64,000 nucleotides of DNA from Azolla caroliniana (GCA_043228905.1 JBHGNT010000004.1:7750001-7814000); one strand, 5' to 3'. Shown: positions 13,120-28,400, counted from the stretch's first letter. Translations and numbers: made by a program. The notes: generated by a model from the sequence alone, not told the origin.

Positions 13120-15690
13120 TGTTAGGAATTTGTCCCTCCTATGGGAGAAGTCGATAGTCGAACCCCAGAGAGAAGTCGACAATCAAAGTCAAGGGAGAAG
13201 TCGACTATTGATTGGAAGAATCAGCAGTCAGATTGGAGCCGACTAGTCGGGCCGACCTGACGGTCGACAACAAGGTCTGTTGGTCGGGCCGACTAGATAG
13301 TCGGTTAGTCAAATCAACTAGATTGTCAACTTGTGGGTCGGACAATTGAATCAATCAATCGACTTATTAACGATTATTATTATTATATAATAATAATAAA
13401 AGCGACATTTGTAAATAGCCCACATTGTGTATGAGTATAAATACACCTAGGGCAAACTTATTGTAAAAAAGAAGAGAAACGTGTTGTAGATAGATCTTCC
13501 GTAGCAAAGAGGAGGTAGAGACACGAGAACGCGTGAGAGAGAGAGGTAGGCACAATTTTGTGGAACTTGTCGCAAGAACCCTAAGGGGTGTATTCTCTGT
13601 TTTGTAGAGATTGTAATATGGTTTTCCCACTTGTATCCCTATCTATAGTCAAAGATCTGTTGCCCGTGGTTTTCTCTTGTTTTAGGGTTTCCATGTAAAA
13701 CATTGTGTATTATGTATTCCTGTCTATTTTGTTGTTTTTTGTTTCTGCGTTGTGTATATTTCAACATATCTTTCTCGTTCATCTACGGTCCATGCTCAAC
13801 AAACTAGTATCAGAGCTTGAGGTGCAAGAATGGAAGGAGGTGTGAGAGATTTTCCAAGTATGATAGTCCTGAACTCACACAACTACTTTGACTAGAAGAT
13901 CAAGATGGAAGATCTTCTGATAGTCAAAGATCTATACGAACCCATAGACATAAATGAAATACCCATAGGGATATTGGAGTCTGAATGGAAACTCCTAAAC
14001 AGGAAGGCGGTGGCCACCATCAAATAGTGTGTAGACGTGAATGTCCTACAACATGTGGCTAACAACACAAACGCTTATGAAATGTGGCATAAATTGTCTG
14101 GGTTATATGAGAGGAAGAATGACCTCAACAAAACCTTTCTGATGAGAAAGATCATGAAACTGAAGTATAGAGATGGAGAAAGCATCATTGTACACATTAA
14201 CACCTTCATGGGGTTGGTGAATCAACTTGCGGCAGCAAAGTTTCCCTTGGATGATGTAATGCATGCCTTGCTTATGTTATGTACCTTGCCGAACAATTGG
14301 GAAAACCCGGTGGTGTCTCTCAATACCTTGTGCCAAGAAGAGAACTTGTCTCTACCGGTGGTAAAGATAAGTATCCTAAATGAGGAGACAAGACGAAAGG
14401 ACAAGGGTGTCCTATCCTAGTTAGAGGCAAATGTTGCACAACACTCCAGCAAAGGAAGAACTAAGCAGAGGAGCCAATAGAACAAAGACAAGTCTCATGC
14501 TAGGTCCAAGTCTAGAGGAAAGCTCACATGTTTCTATTGCGGCAAACCCGGACACTTCCAGAAGGACTGTCGACACCTTAAAAGAGAAAAAGGTGCTTTG
14601 AATGATGTCGAACCCAGAAAGATTTCTAAGGAAAAGGTCACTTCAACCATGGCTACAAGTGAAGAAGAGCTTCTATTCATTTGTGAGCAAGTGAGTGTAA
14701 ACCTCGCAAATGAAGAGTGCACTTGGGTGATTGACTCCGGTGCATCGTTCTACATAACTCCCTCGAGAGAATGTTTCTCATCTTATACAGTCGGTGACTA
14801 TGGCTATGTAAAGATGGGAGACACTAGAGAATGCAAGATAGCCAGCATCGGAAGTGTATGCCTTACAACATCGACCGGTTGTCAGCTGACCCTGAGGGAT
14901 GTTCGACATGTGCCAGATAGTAGGCTGAATTTGATATCGACTAGAAGAATGGACAATGAAGGCTACAATGGTAGTTTTCGAAACGACAAATAGAAGTTTT
15001 GCCGAGGAAATCTCATAGTGGCCCGAGCATAGAAATAGGGCACTTTGTATGTGATGCATGCCAAGTTGTGCAAGGATGAAGCAAACGTGGCAGCCGACTC
15101 GAGTGGAGAGATATGGCACAAGAGGCTTGGCCACATGAGTGAGAAAGGCATGCATATCCTACCCAACCAGAAACTTCTTCCAGAAGTAAAAGGAGTGTAC
15201 TTGGAGAGATGTGTCGATTGCTTGATCGGAAAGCAGAACAGAACTGCATTCCACTCGAGATCACCAAGGAGAAGAGAAGTTGCACTGGAGCTCATACACA
15301 CAAACGTGTGCTACGTGGATGCTCCATCGCATCGAGGTGCACAATACTTTGTAACGTTTATTGATGACTACAATCGAAAGTTGTGGGCTTTCGTACTAAA
15401 GTAGAAGGATCAAGTGTTGTCGTTCTTCAAAGAGTTCCAGGCCAGAGTGGAAAGGGAGTCGGGTCGAAAGCGGAAGGTTGTCCGAACCGATAATGGTGGC
15501 GAGTACAGAGGACAATTCAAAGAGTATTACAAGTCCCAAGGTATTCGAATTGAATATACAATGCCTAAGACCCCTGATTTGAATGACAGGTCTCCCTCAA
15601 TGCCCCTAAAAGCTAATGTCCCACAAAGGGTGTGGACAAGGGAAAGATGTCTCTTATCAACACTTGAAGGTGTTCGATCTTTGGTCCATA
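13120..15690 (+). mobile_element. 3'-truncated Ty1/Copia (Tnt1-like): 5' LTR, PBS, gag, PR, partial INT
   Basis: LTR 13120-13801 (TGTTAG..CAACA) and PBS TAGTATCAGAGC 13805-13816. Gag ORF 14037..14420, CCHC knuckle ~14530, WVIDSGAS, WHKRLGH, RTDNGGEY. Confidence 0.9.
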
Positions 15691-17781
15691 ACGTTCGTGG
15701 CACTTGCAACTTGACAGGATTTGTTGGTGATAACTTTATGATGTATACCACTTTCAATAATGCCTTCACCAAAAATCTGATCTCCAATCAGACATTCTAG
15801 TTTAGGATCATTAGATTCATACGTTCTCCTACACCATTCTATGTCGCGATTTAGGATATTGTTCATTGATGTCAAATCCCTTTCTCAGACAAGTATGCTG
15901 AGAATGCTCAAGAGATGTATACTCCTTCATTATCCAATCATGAATAGCATCACTTTATGACAAGATTTGAGTTCTACCTCGGTGAGCCACCAGGTGAAGT
16001 TTTTGAGCTCCTAGTTGTTGGACTTAATTGGGTAAGCCCAAACGTTTTGGGCAGCACCATCTACGAATGTAATGAAGTTCCATGTTCCACCTTGAGACCT
16101 TTCGCACGTCGGTCTACATATGTCAATGTGGACTAACTCTAGGGGAGGTCATATTGTATTGTAATGAGTCGAGCACCATAACCTTGTTTGTTTCCCGTAT
16201 TGATAGTGCTCACAGAAGTCGGATTCTGAGTTTGGCCTCTTCTTCCTTCCAATTTTCCTCAATCTCGACCAATTCTCGATGTTGATTCCTTGAAGACACA
16301 AGTTTGGGCATTTTCACTGAGGGTAAGTCCCATAGACTTTCTTCAAAGCCTTTTGAGAGTATGTGTTTGATAGCCTCCTCAAGTGATAGCTTGTTCGTAT
16401 TTTCATCACGATCGTGCAAAAGACTTCCCAACTCAATGGAAGCCTTCACTTTTTCTTTAAGTTCAAGCCTTGTGAGGAGAGCTTCGTCAACACTTGATTG
16501 AATATCAAGATCTAGAGGACAAAACCACCACCAATATGATGGTTTAGCGTATCTCAATGGTCAATTTTAATGAATGTAATCTTTTAATTCAATTCTTACA
16601 AGATAACACCATAAACAATGGCAAATTCATATTTTAAACATCAACATTTATTGTACCAATGGCATTATGTTCATTTTATTAGTGACAAAAAGAACCAACA
16701 GTAGATTCATCTTTTAATTACGAATGTTTTTTGTACCAATGAAACTATAGCAAAAGCACTAAAGTTTATTTTCCTAGTCAATGTTGCTTAGTTGGTGAAA
16801 TCATACGGCGCATTAGCCGCAAGAACAAAACAATTGCATTTACACTACAAATCATGAGGCTTACACCTATTACTAAAAATTTCACAATGTCACATTAACG
16901 AATGTATAAACACATTGTTGGTTCACCTTTAGAAATTTTATCCATGATTATCATTTGAGGTCATGCACACTAGGAACATATTGACATTTACAGATTTCTA
17001 CAACAATTGTCTGAAGCAATGGCATTGGCATTTAAATCCTTATACTTATAAATCTCCTATGAATCTCCCATCTTGAATTGACAATAGTTACTTCCAAGCT
17101 AAAAATCAACTAATAATTCACAATAGATACAAATTCACATTTTTCATGGTCAAAACACGAAGGAATAATGTGTGTGTGTGTGTGTGTGTGTGTGTAGCTT
17201 TTGAATGTTTGTATCTAATAAAATGACACTGATAGTGTTGACCTTGATACTTTCCATTATTGCCCTAATGTCACCACCAATTACTAATAATCTAGAATAG
17301 ATTGTCTGTAGAAGTCATCCATCATCCATAGAACATTGTGAGAGAAGCATATAATGCAAATTACATTGATTTCACTTTGATCCTACTACCAAATCACTTT
17401 TCAAACCCATTCCAACACCAATGAAACTGCCCAAAATAATTCCATTGTAAAGAGCATACATCTAAATTCAGCTAAAGCCATGTAAACCATTTATAAAGAT
17501 GTCATAGAGTACAAAAAAACAGAGGTAATGAGATGTATGTGAAATGATAATAAAAAAAATCGAAGTTACTAGTAATATCACGAGCCTTAACATTGGACAT
17601 TGGGTAGAGATTCATAGGCTTTCATCATTCTACTACCTTGATTCTTGAAGACATTCCACAGCAGTTCATTGTAAAAAAACCTTCTGACCATTAACTTGTA
17701 TCAACCACTGATCTTTGGTAGTTCATCATAAATCAGTCGAAAACTCCCTCCATATGTGCATTCATTTCATGTCATAAATAA

Positions 17782-18973
17782 CTACCACCCCATAGTTCCT
17801 GGTGCACCTTTGAAAGGACCAACTACCTTGGATGTGACCCAACCACCATAGAAATGACCTGGTTGGGGCTTCGCAATCTCATCCCCGACATAGCAAGCAT
17901 CCATCGGACCACAGTAGAAGGCAATATGGTGTGCAATGTCAGCAAATCTTGGAACAGGGTTTTCGTAGCTCCACCCAACCTTTTCTGCGGTTTTCCCATT
18001 CACCGATACACTCCAATATGAAGCTGTGCCTTTCCACTCACAATATGAGGAACCAGGCGCTTTCTTCAGATACTCCATCTTTATGTCCGAAGGAGGGATA
18101 TAATATACTATCAAACAAAAAGGTTTGCATGTAGTTGTAACACAAATTAGCTGCACATCAACCTTAAATAATGTATTAAGGCTTTATTAAAACTCTTGTT
18201 TGCGATTAAATTGCATCCCCAAGTATATTCACGTTTGCAATCTGTCTTGTTTCTCATACTCATAGATCTCGCTGGTGATTCTGTCTGTCCAGCGTGCAGG
18301 GAGAGATTTGATATAACATGGACATACAACGACATGCAACAGACAAATCAGATATTTGCAGATCCATGTTGCATCAATCCTTCTTTTCCAAATTGGACTC
18401 ACTTACAGAGAGAATCATAAAGACAAAAGAAAGAAATATCTGAAACGCCAAAGGAAAGGTTGCATCTAACATCACATGATGAATGAAAGATTGCAACAAT
18501 CTTGTACCCTCAGAGTGTGAGTTCCAGATACAAACAATACATGAAAGCTTCATATCATATTTATATCAAGACCAGCCTTGCATCTTTGATTTACTTATCA
18601 AATTGTACCCATAAATATGAAAAAACAGAATAATTTGCAAAAGAAATTCCTGAGGAAGACATAACACAAAGTCTTTCAGGAACAGGAGGAGATTATATAT
18701 ATATATATATATATAATCATATATGTATGTATGCAAACCCTTTGACAGCAGAAGGTGTTGGTATTTGTACAGAAACAAGAAAGATATGCAGAAGGAGGGA
18801 AGAAGAATACCCGGCGGATGGCTGGTCTCTAAGACTCGGAAAGCCTTATTGGAATCGGCGATGGGGATGTTGTTGAAGACGATGCGGAGCCTCTGTTGCT
18901 CTGGCTCGAGACGAGGGGGGCGAGGATAATCCCACACAGACTCTTGCCCACCACCTGGACACACTCGCTCCAT
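17782..18973 (-). CDS. DUF427 (NTP_transf_9) family protein, 162 aa, 2 exons (18973-18811, 18107-17782)
   Basis: A phase-1 GT-AG intron (18810-18108) joins MERVCPGGGQESVWDYPRPPRLE...VLETSHPP to VYYIPPSDI...CEWKG.ASYW...FYGGWVTS.VVGPFKGAPGTMGW*, the motif set of bacterial DUF427 proteins. CDS is 489 nt. Confidence 0.9.
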
Positions 18974-20407
18974 GACCCAACAGGATTCCTTCTCTCTGTA
19001 TATCTTTCTTTCTTTCTTTCTTTCTTTCTGTATATCTATGATCTATCTATATGTACCTGTGTCTTCTTTTTTAGCTTGTTTTATACTGCAATTAGCTACT
19101 AGCTCCTCTTAGGTCTTGGGCTCAAAACCGGATTCTCTCTCACCTTCATATTACTTCATTTTCCTTGTCTTCCTTGGACCATCTTTCACCATTGCCACTT
19201 TTAACCCACCTCAAAGCCTAGATGGAAAACCTCGCCCATCCCTCTAACATATGACAATTGAATCATCTGAAATCCGATTTATAATTGCATGACCAATATC
19301 TATTTGAAAACAATCATGATAAATCATGAAGTACTGCATCTTCTTTCACAGCAACTAATGTGTAAGATAGATCCATCATGCTTACTTCAAATTTATACTT
19401 ATTCACTCACACGTAGGTTTACAACCTTGTAAACAGAAGTGTAAAAATCTCAACATATGATGATTAAATGAACTATCAAGGATATAAATTCTTAACATCT
19501 AAAGGCCAATGAAATATTGAGGATATAAAGTTTCCACATGTAAAGACATGAATTAATAAGGGTATCATCCATTTAGTTGACCAAGTAGTTAAAGATAAAA
19601 AGAAGCATTTGGACAAGCTGTCTAGTATAGCTGTCTAGTATGATGGATCTATGTGCAACCAACACAAATTCGTTGAGAACATAGGGGCAAACTGAAAAAA
19701 GAGCAGTCATATTTGAGGAAAATGTATTTGTTGACCATAAAGAATGAATATCCCTTATGGTATACACATCTAGGATGACAATCATATAATGTAGAATACA
19801 ACATTATAGTGAAATAATAAAACACAGATGTCCAAATCAAAGAAGTATACAATATCATACTACACCATAACTACATTTGCAAGAAAGCAAAGCTTTTGTA
19901 ACTACTTAGTACAGCGTCTAAATGCTTGTAACTCTATGCTATCAATACTTTCTATCCTACACAAATGGTTTTACAGAATTGGCAAGGCATCTTTTTCACC
20001 ATCCAATTGGCCAGAGATGGCTATCCATTCAGGAGAAATCCCTTCATACGGAAGTGTTCCATGTAAATATCATATTAAACATTTTGATGAATCAAACACT
20101 ATAGATAAAAACATAGCAAGAAATATGAAATTGATTCTTGTCACAAACGAAGATATTGATTCTTGTCACAATTTACAAACGAAGATATTGATTCTTGTCA
20201 CAAACAAAGATGCCTATCTCTATAAAATAGAAATTCATAATATGTTTTTGAAGTCTTTTTTATTATTTTAATTGGTCTCCATACACAATTTCAAAAGCCC
20301 TTCTTGGTCAGCTGTAAGAAGGTTAGAGCTTGTAAATGTTAGACTCAAGTTCCCACAGAATTCATCATTTACATAAACACCTCTCCAAGAAAAGGCGGAC
20401 ACATTAT

Positions 20408-23400
20408 TTATTCTGGCTTGATGATGAGCTCTGCTCTTAAGTGAAGCACATTATCTATAAAGTAGATGCTATCCTCAGCTATAAAGGTGGACCATGGAAC
20501 TCCAAAAAGATTCCTGTATCCAACTGCTTTCCCGCCAGTAAACTTGTAGGTACCTTTATACTTCACCGTGAAGTCCTTATTTGGCTTTTGACGAGCACCA
20601 AACTCGTAATCAACCGAAAAGCTCACACAACCTTTCTCTTGCATACCTAGAAATAGCCCAAAACAGTTGAAATTGCTCTGCTGATCCATGTTACAGTGAG
20701 CTGAGAGAAAGAATCCTTGTCCAGCTAGATGGAATGCTTGTGAATACACCCTACCTTGTGGAAACAAGGCAGTGCATTCATCTCTCTTCAAATCTAAATA
20801 GACAATACAATGCTGATGTGGGCTCTCAAACTCTACTAACTTCACTGGACGGTATTTGTAGGCCCTCTCGTGATATTTTCTGTAATTGGAGTCCTCCATT
20901 GCTAGCTGTCGCTGCCTGTGAGGAGCTTCCGCCTTGTAAAATAAGGCATCCAAAACAACCTTCGTAGCAATATCATGATCCAATTCTGATGATGCTAAAA
21001 CCTTTCGTAGTCTCCTTGTTGACATCATAGGAAACCTAATAACATGAACCAATCTACATCCGAGAACTTCTCTTCTCTCCTCTGCCTTGGGATAGTGAGC
21101 CTTTGCCCACTTAAGAACAAAATCATAAACATTATCCTCTGATGCAACTTGTATGTCATCACTGGATAGCACAGCTTCTATACCTGCCAACGGCAGATTC
21201 ATGACTTCCTCTTGATATCTGCATGTAACAAAATCACTGGTAAAACATCTGAGTAACAGAACCATACAAATAGTTCAAAAATGAAAATCAAGTACAACCT
21301 CGTGATATCCTTGAGTTGTGATACGAGAAAATTTATAGCTGCATCTGTGAGTGGCTGCATTGCCTCCGCCAGCAACACACTTGATGGGAATTCTAGATAT
21401 AATAGGGCTGAATCGGGTGTCATTGGCAGATTGCGTAACAGCTTGCTACAATGCCGCATGCAGGATGCTACTTCATACTTGTCAGCAACCATAAGAACAT
21501 CAAGAAGTCCTAATGCGGAAGTAGCTTGCAACCTTCCAGTGTAAATGAAATGCAGCATATCCATCAAAGCTGCTTCTTCTGCAATAGGAAACAGAGCAAA
21601 CATAAGGTAAAAATCTTTTGGATACATTTCTTCATAAGACTTAAAATAACATCCTAAACCCAAACACAACAAGGCATACCAGAAACTGTTGTTCGAAGGG
21701 TAACATCTCGTTGTTCTGATTCTCTCATTCCATTTGAGAATAGCTATTAAATTATGTTAGCATACGATTGTTAGAATAAGATATTTCAATATGCCAAAAA
21801 GCTTCTTCAAAAATGCAATTGCCTTACTTTGTAGAAAAAAGGGCTCTCTGCTGCAAGTATGGGAGAACTAATGTATAGCATTTTTACGCTCACAATTGTA
21901 GGTTCTGCTGTCCATGAGCTGGATCCAGATGCCACAGAGTCATCAACTGAGGAAAAGTTGCTACATATATCAGACATTGTACACATAGCCCTATATTATA
22001 AATCTAAAAAGTACTTTTATATTCTAGTGTTATGATGCATTTAACTCTCGTTTTTATCACCCTTCTCCTAAGATGCAAACCACCTTAATTGCAATTCATG
22101 AGTAGTCTTCAAACTCTCCACGCAATCTAGGAATAAATTTTTATCATTCTTCCAATAATATACAGATCACGTTATCTACAGATGTAAATACGTAAAATAT
22201 CCATGTCTCCATCCAATAGAAGCTTTGCTGACTGCAAAATACAGACACCATCTCCAACTTCTAGACTGACCTAGGAGTTCACTCTTACCAAACAAAATAA
22301 ACATAAACTCTGAAAAAGAAATGTGATAATGAATGTAAAAACTCTGAAATGCACATCATATGCAACATTCATAAAACTAGAATAACTTTCACTAAGTACA
22401 TGTGAGAAAACATGGATGAGTGTGTGCAAGAGATGTCAGATGAAGAAACTGATAGTACAACTTTTGTACGCATGAAAAATTAAAATATAATCATGCCATA
22501 GCTTTGCATTTATAACCAGATATGCGCAACACCCATACTCTGAACTTTCAAAAAAAGCCAAAGTTTTGATGCAGGTGACAGAAATGATTGAAAACATCCA
22601 GTGAAGCTTTTCCAAAGATCACTTGGACACCAGAGATGTAGTGTTGATGTAAAAGATACATTTTCGGTTTTCTGGCTTTAAAAATGTCTTCTGGACAGCT
22701 TTTGGTACATTATTGGGTGTAAAACAGTTGGAAACATTGAGATTTTTCCACAACGAAGGAATCAAATTCATTATATAAGAAAAGGAATAAGGACAAACAA
22801 GCAGGGAAATGTGCATAGAATATTAAATCTCCTGTTACCAATAAGAAAGAGCGTCGCAAGTTGACAATATCACAAAGACTTCAGAACAGAAAAGGCTATG
22901 CTGAAAAATTTTAGGGCAAAAAAAGAGCATGCCCAGGCTTCCAACTGTATCTAGAAACTAAATATCATGTTCAAATCCTGATCCAATTGTAGTCACTACA
23001 AGTCTCTACCTAGAACAAAGCCCTTAGCCATAGAACACACATAACTTGCACAAGAATGTCATGTTTCCACAAAATTCGTCTCATACTGCCAAGTTTCTGA
23101 AAGGATCTAGAAAGATTATAAATGCATGGTCCTTCCTAAGAGACCACCGTCACCCCAAGTTAATTCAATGTAGTTTTAAGCAAACCAAATAGAATAGAGG
23201 CATGCAAATTCAAACTAGAAAATAAGAGGTGAACAATAAAAATTGTATGAAAAAATCAGGAACATGAGGAACTATTTCAACAAAAAGAACATACAATTAG
23301 ATGAAAGATGAATGTGCACCACCAAAGGATTAAATATATGCACGTACTGAACCACAACAATACTTTCAGCTCGTGAATTTTCATAGTGGCTGTGCTGAAA

Positions 23401-24914
23401 AATCATTTGAGAGGGTGATGTGCTTCAACTCAAATGCTAAATCCATAAGCTATGTGAATAGGCACAACTTCTAAGAAAGGATAACCATAGTTTTAAGTTT
23501 TCAACAAACAGTGATCTTCCACCTGTCATTTCAATATCTCATTGTCTTGAAATAAAGCAATGGATAAATGAGCTATCCACTTTCCAGGGGGTACTAACGA
23601 CAGAAGACTTTTTCATATGCATCTCTAACAATGGAGATTGACACAATCATATTTCATAATTAGCATGCATCTCATCAATAGAAAAGTATTCAGGTATCAT
23701 TACATCTTAGTCTAGCATAATCAGATACTTGTTAAGATCACATGGTTATTTTAGGTCCCTATATACAAATTAAAAGGAGTTTATCATTTCTATTGTTTCT
23801 TTCCTTCTGTCTACTAAGTTCTTCATGTTGATATCATGGTCTGATCTATTTAACTTTGCTTCTTCACCAGTGTAGTATCATAATTACTAAGAACTACTCC
23901 TCATAGAAGAAACACTCTTAAAAATGAACTTAATAACTGAGTATAAAGATTTAATCAATTCAAGATACAGATAAATACTTCTTGTTGGACTTGAGAGCAT
24001 TGCTACAGGAAGAGACGCTTCGTCTCTCATTGCCAAGGGTTCATCGTCTAAGCCATCAAACGGACCAACTTCATCCTCCTCTTGCTGACCAATCATCTGC
24101 TCTTCTTGTCCTTCAGTGTAATCGATATGATTAGCCTCCACTGCTGCAAAAGAAATTAAATAAACAAAAAAGCATGATGATTGATGGTGGCAGGTATTTG
24201 TTCATAAAGAATTATTTCAGGTTCTCAAGCAGTGATACAGCACTTTACAACGTTTTCCACAGTGCAAATCTATAAGGTTTGCACTATAATCCTAACAGGA
24301 TATTGTCTTCCAAAAAAAACTTCTATTTTGAGGGGCGATACAGCACTTCACAACGTTTTCCAGAGTGCAATCTATAAGGTTTCCACTGTGATCTCAACAG
24401 GATATTATCTTCCCAAAAAACCTGTTATTTACAAAGGAACAAGGGGGCATCTGCAATATACTTCTATAACAGGATGTTTTGACAAAGCTTTTTCCTGATC
24501 GTTTCACGCGGAGTTCATTTCTAGATTTTCCAGAATAGCTTCGACCACAAATAGAACGGTCATCCACAACGATGATGGAAAAAATAAGAGCTATTCTGGA
24601 AAACCTACTTTCAAGACATAGCGAAAGAAGAACGAACGGAGAAAACGCAGGCTTGAAGAGCGAGATGGATTAGATAGAGGTTTGAGTGGACGAAGAAGAA
24701 GAATACCTGCATTTCGCTTGGCTTCTGCTCTTCTTCGTTTCCTGTTCCTGGCCCAATCAGCGATGGTGGCAGTGCCATCCTCGAAGTTGAGGGTGGAAGG
24801 CTCGGCCATGACTTCGATTCGAAGCATCCGATCTGAGAAGTTGCTGTCGTTGAAGGCGAATTCGAAGTTAGAGGGAGCCATGCGTCGACCACTGCTCACA
24901 CTCTCATGGTCCAT
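20408..24914 (-). CDS. POB1: BTB/POZ-BACK domain protein, POB1/LRB family (CUL3 substrate adaptor), ~548 aa, 6 exons
   Basis: Exons 24914-24707, 24143-23979, 21946-21828, 21743-21680, 21578-21299, 21218-20408 are all GT-AG and in frame (1647 nt). Hallmark motifs: [91 protein letters not shown]. Confidence 0.95.
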
Positions 24915-25414
24915 TCACGGATCTCGCACAGAGAAAGAAGTAGAGAAAGGAAAGAAAGAAAGGAAAAGAAGGAAAGATAGAAAGGGGAGGGGAGGGGAAG
25001 GGGAAGAGGAAGACAGAGAAAAGGAAACCCTAGAAAGAAAGAAAGAAAGAAAGAAAGAGACAGAAGGGAGCCAAAAAGAAAAGAAAAGGACAAGGGCCGA
25101 GAAAAAGGACACCCTAAAACTGAAGCACAGAGAGAGAGAGAGAGAGCTTTTCTTTTTATTTAAGTTGTGATGGTAAGTAATGGCTTTCTGCTGTGTTCTC
25201 CTTCTTCTGTTACAAGACACAGAAACAACAGAGAGAGAGAGAGAGAGATTCTGTTCTTCTGCTTCTTCCTTTTCTTTTCTTTTCTTTTTTTTCTGTTGTG
25301 TTATGTCTTGAATTTTAGATTGGATTGACTTTGAATTGGGTTGGCTTGTATTGCTATTACTATTACTATACTATTGGATTGGATGGGAATGGAATGGAAG
25401 CTCATGTCTCTATG

Positions 25415-25454
<40 letters not shown>

Positions 25455-28400
25455 TGCGCTTGAAATCTGTAGTCGAGCACCCCACCCGCCTCCTCTGTTG
25501 TGTTGTGTCTACATTAGGATTGGATTGGATTGAATTGAATTGAGTTGAATACAACTTTGATGGGTCAGGTTGGATTGGAATCTCATGTCTCTATGTGTGT
25601 GTGTCTGCTCCTGAAACCTCCCATGTGTCGAGGTCCCCACTATCCTCCTCTGCAATCCCATGTTGGGTCTGGTCTGGTCGGGTCCCCCTGATCTCCTAGC
25701 CTCAAAGTGCCCCAACCCCCTTGTTCTTACTTCGATCCACGTCGTTTTCAGAACTCCTAATGATGGAGCTCGAACCTCACATGGCTACTCGACACTTGAC
25801 CCCCGTTACATTCTTTTCTAATCGAAGCTTTCAGGCGACTTTGTGACACAATGGTCGAATATGTTATGTGTCCCACGTTTATTGCAATTGCCTACTTTTT
25901 ACACCACACCCTTCCTTCTTTCTATCCATGCCCCTCGCTAAACTTACCCGCTTAGAAACCCCCCTCCATGGTCACCTTGTATAGAAAGGGTGCTTCAAGT
26001 CATTTGGTGTGTGCCCGCCTTCCATTATCTACGCAGTAATATAAACCTAGACCCTTTCTAAGTGTCTCTCTCTTTAAGCTACTTAATAACCTCCCTCTAT
26101 TGTGTGTAGCTTCAACCACGATTTACCAAGTTTTTGTTGTACGATCATTTTTTAAACAAAGATTCCCCTTGATATTATCTATTGTTGTTCAAGAAAAACG
26201 GACAATGAAGGGAGACATTCTTGGCATGCAACAAATTTGAGACTTGGGATATTTTATATATGTTGTTATGTAAGAAAATTGCCCAAGGTGAAGGAAGGAA
26301 GACATTCTTGGCATGCAACAATTTTAAGATTGGGATATTTTCTCTGCAGGCATGCATGAGTTGTAACGTTGCTTGAATCTCAAAGACCACTCAAGGCATA
26401 AAATTTGAAAGACTAATGTTCACGTCGTTACAAAGCAAACCTAGAAATGGAGAAACTTAATGTGTAACCACAAAGTAAACCATTCATCTAATGAGCATAC
26501 ATCAAATTATATTTCTTGCTTAACCATACATCTTATCATTAATTAAAAAAACAAAAGAATGACTGGAAAACATCAACAATATATTTTGAGGTTGTCATGT
26601 TGTCATGGGTTGAAGCAAAATACTACACCGAATTAGCATAGCCATATTTTACCGCTTAACATCAAGAATATACATATTGAGAAGGTCGTGTTTTAATGGC
26701 TTGAAGAAAAATGCTAGACGAAATAGAAAGAGAGAGAGAGAGAGTAAGAAAAAAGAATTTATATTGTAAACAAGAGGGACAAGATTTTCAAGGATACACC
26801 AAATACATATTGACTTGAACTAGAATAGCTATTACAAAAGAATGTCTTCTCTATATATTGTACATCACCGTGATATGCATGGTTGTCCCTTGACAATCAT
26901 GCACATTGCCACTCGGCTACCATGCATCCATGCCGTTCGGTAGTCATACACAAGGAGTGACGTAGTAAACTGTAGTGTATGATGTTACAATACATGAATC
27001 TATAGAACACTAAACATATATGAAATGTTGTAAATATCAGGTGCGCCCTTTACATAGGTCGACTCCTCATGCTCTCGAATTCCCATGTGTCCCAACATTT
27101 TACAAGTCCTTAATACTTATGAATTTCTCCCAAGTTCCATGATAACCAATTTCCCACTTATCCTACCTTTAAACCGTTTAGGGTTAGCATTTAGAAGTAG
27201 TTCCTAAGGTTAATAATACTTTTGGCATTCATAAAGACATATTAACGTAACATGTTAAACCACACATAATTCATAGTTGTTTGGTTATTGACGTGACATG
27301 ATATACATGTATGATGTAATGCATTAAGAGTTAGAGTGCAATATTTGTGTGACGGTATTTTAAAGGCAGAATTGATCAAAACTAGTGTCTCGTGGTATGA
27401 TAGCCTTGATTTATTTTATACTTCCAGACTAATTATTGTGCCATGGTTACCACAATTTGGTTTTGAACAAGGTTGTGTGACACTATTAGCGAGTGTGTCC
27501 TCTATCTCACCTCACAAGCACTTGATTCAATCAATGAAGATGTTAAACATGGTAGGAATGTTATGTAACTAGATGTAATATTGATGAGCCCTATCCAACC
27601 CAATCTATATTACTCTCAACCAACCCACATGCATTATTCAATCAAATACAATTAAACGCATTTGGTAGAAATTTGATTGTTTTTTAACCCTTAGTTATGA
27701 TGTTTGCTTTCATCTCGTTAGTTGTGTGTAGAAACAACTTTTTACTGTTGTCTTTGATTTTTGTGACCTTTTATCCAAGTGGCCATAAAACATGCATAAG
27801 CACCTCATTAGATTATGTTTTATGTTTAAATCACTAAATGGATCGAACATCCTTCTTAATATCATTAAATGTATGTTTTCCATTACATGATCTTGCATGG
27901 TTTCACTTAAAAACTCTTAGGCACATTGATACCTTTTTCTAAGTTTGCCTCATAATAAGTAAAATCTATAGCACAACCCCCAAATGAAAAGCGTGTATTT
28001 TAAATAAATCATAACCATGCAAGTTTGTGAATGATTTGTTAATTGTAATTTTGGCTTTTAATGGTTTCCCAATGAATTTGACTAGTGAGAAAGCCAATAG
28101 TAGATATTCGGATAATTTCATAGCATAGTTTCCTTTGGCATTTGCAAAAACATTTTCAATGAAAATATTAATGTAGATGTTAATCCAAACATAACCTAGG
28201 TGATTTTATATTAAAACATGCTATACTACAATGTAAAATGAGTTTGATGAGTATAATTGTTTCGTGAATTATATTGAAAGAAGCATTCATTAGAACTAGT
28301 ATATCACAACGTAATAGCCTTGAACAAATTCATGAATGAAATGTGTACTTGTAGACTGGTTCTACACCCAAGATAGCTATAGTTTATATGATACTATAAA

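Noticed and set aside
20130-20210. Short triple repeat TTGATTCTTGTCACAA downstream of POB1
   Set aside because: Ordinary slippage duplication in 3' UTR/intergenic sequence.
24682-25543. Several K/E/R- or F/S/L-rich ORFs, and similar ones at 31481-32261
   Set aside because: Artefacts of GA/CT and GT microsatellite-rich UTR and promoter sequence.
26598-27097. Possible solo LTR in the intergenic region
   Set aside because: LTR-like composition but no convincing TSD or partner.
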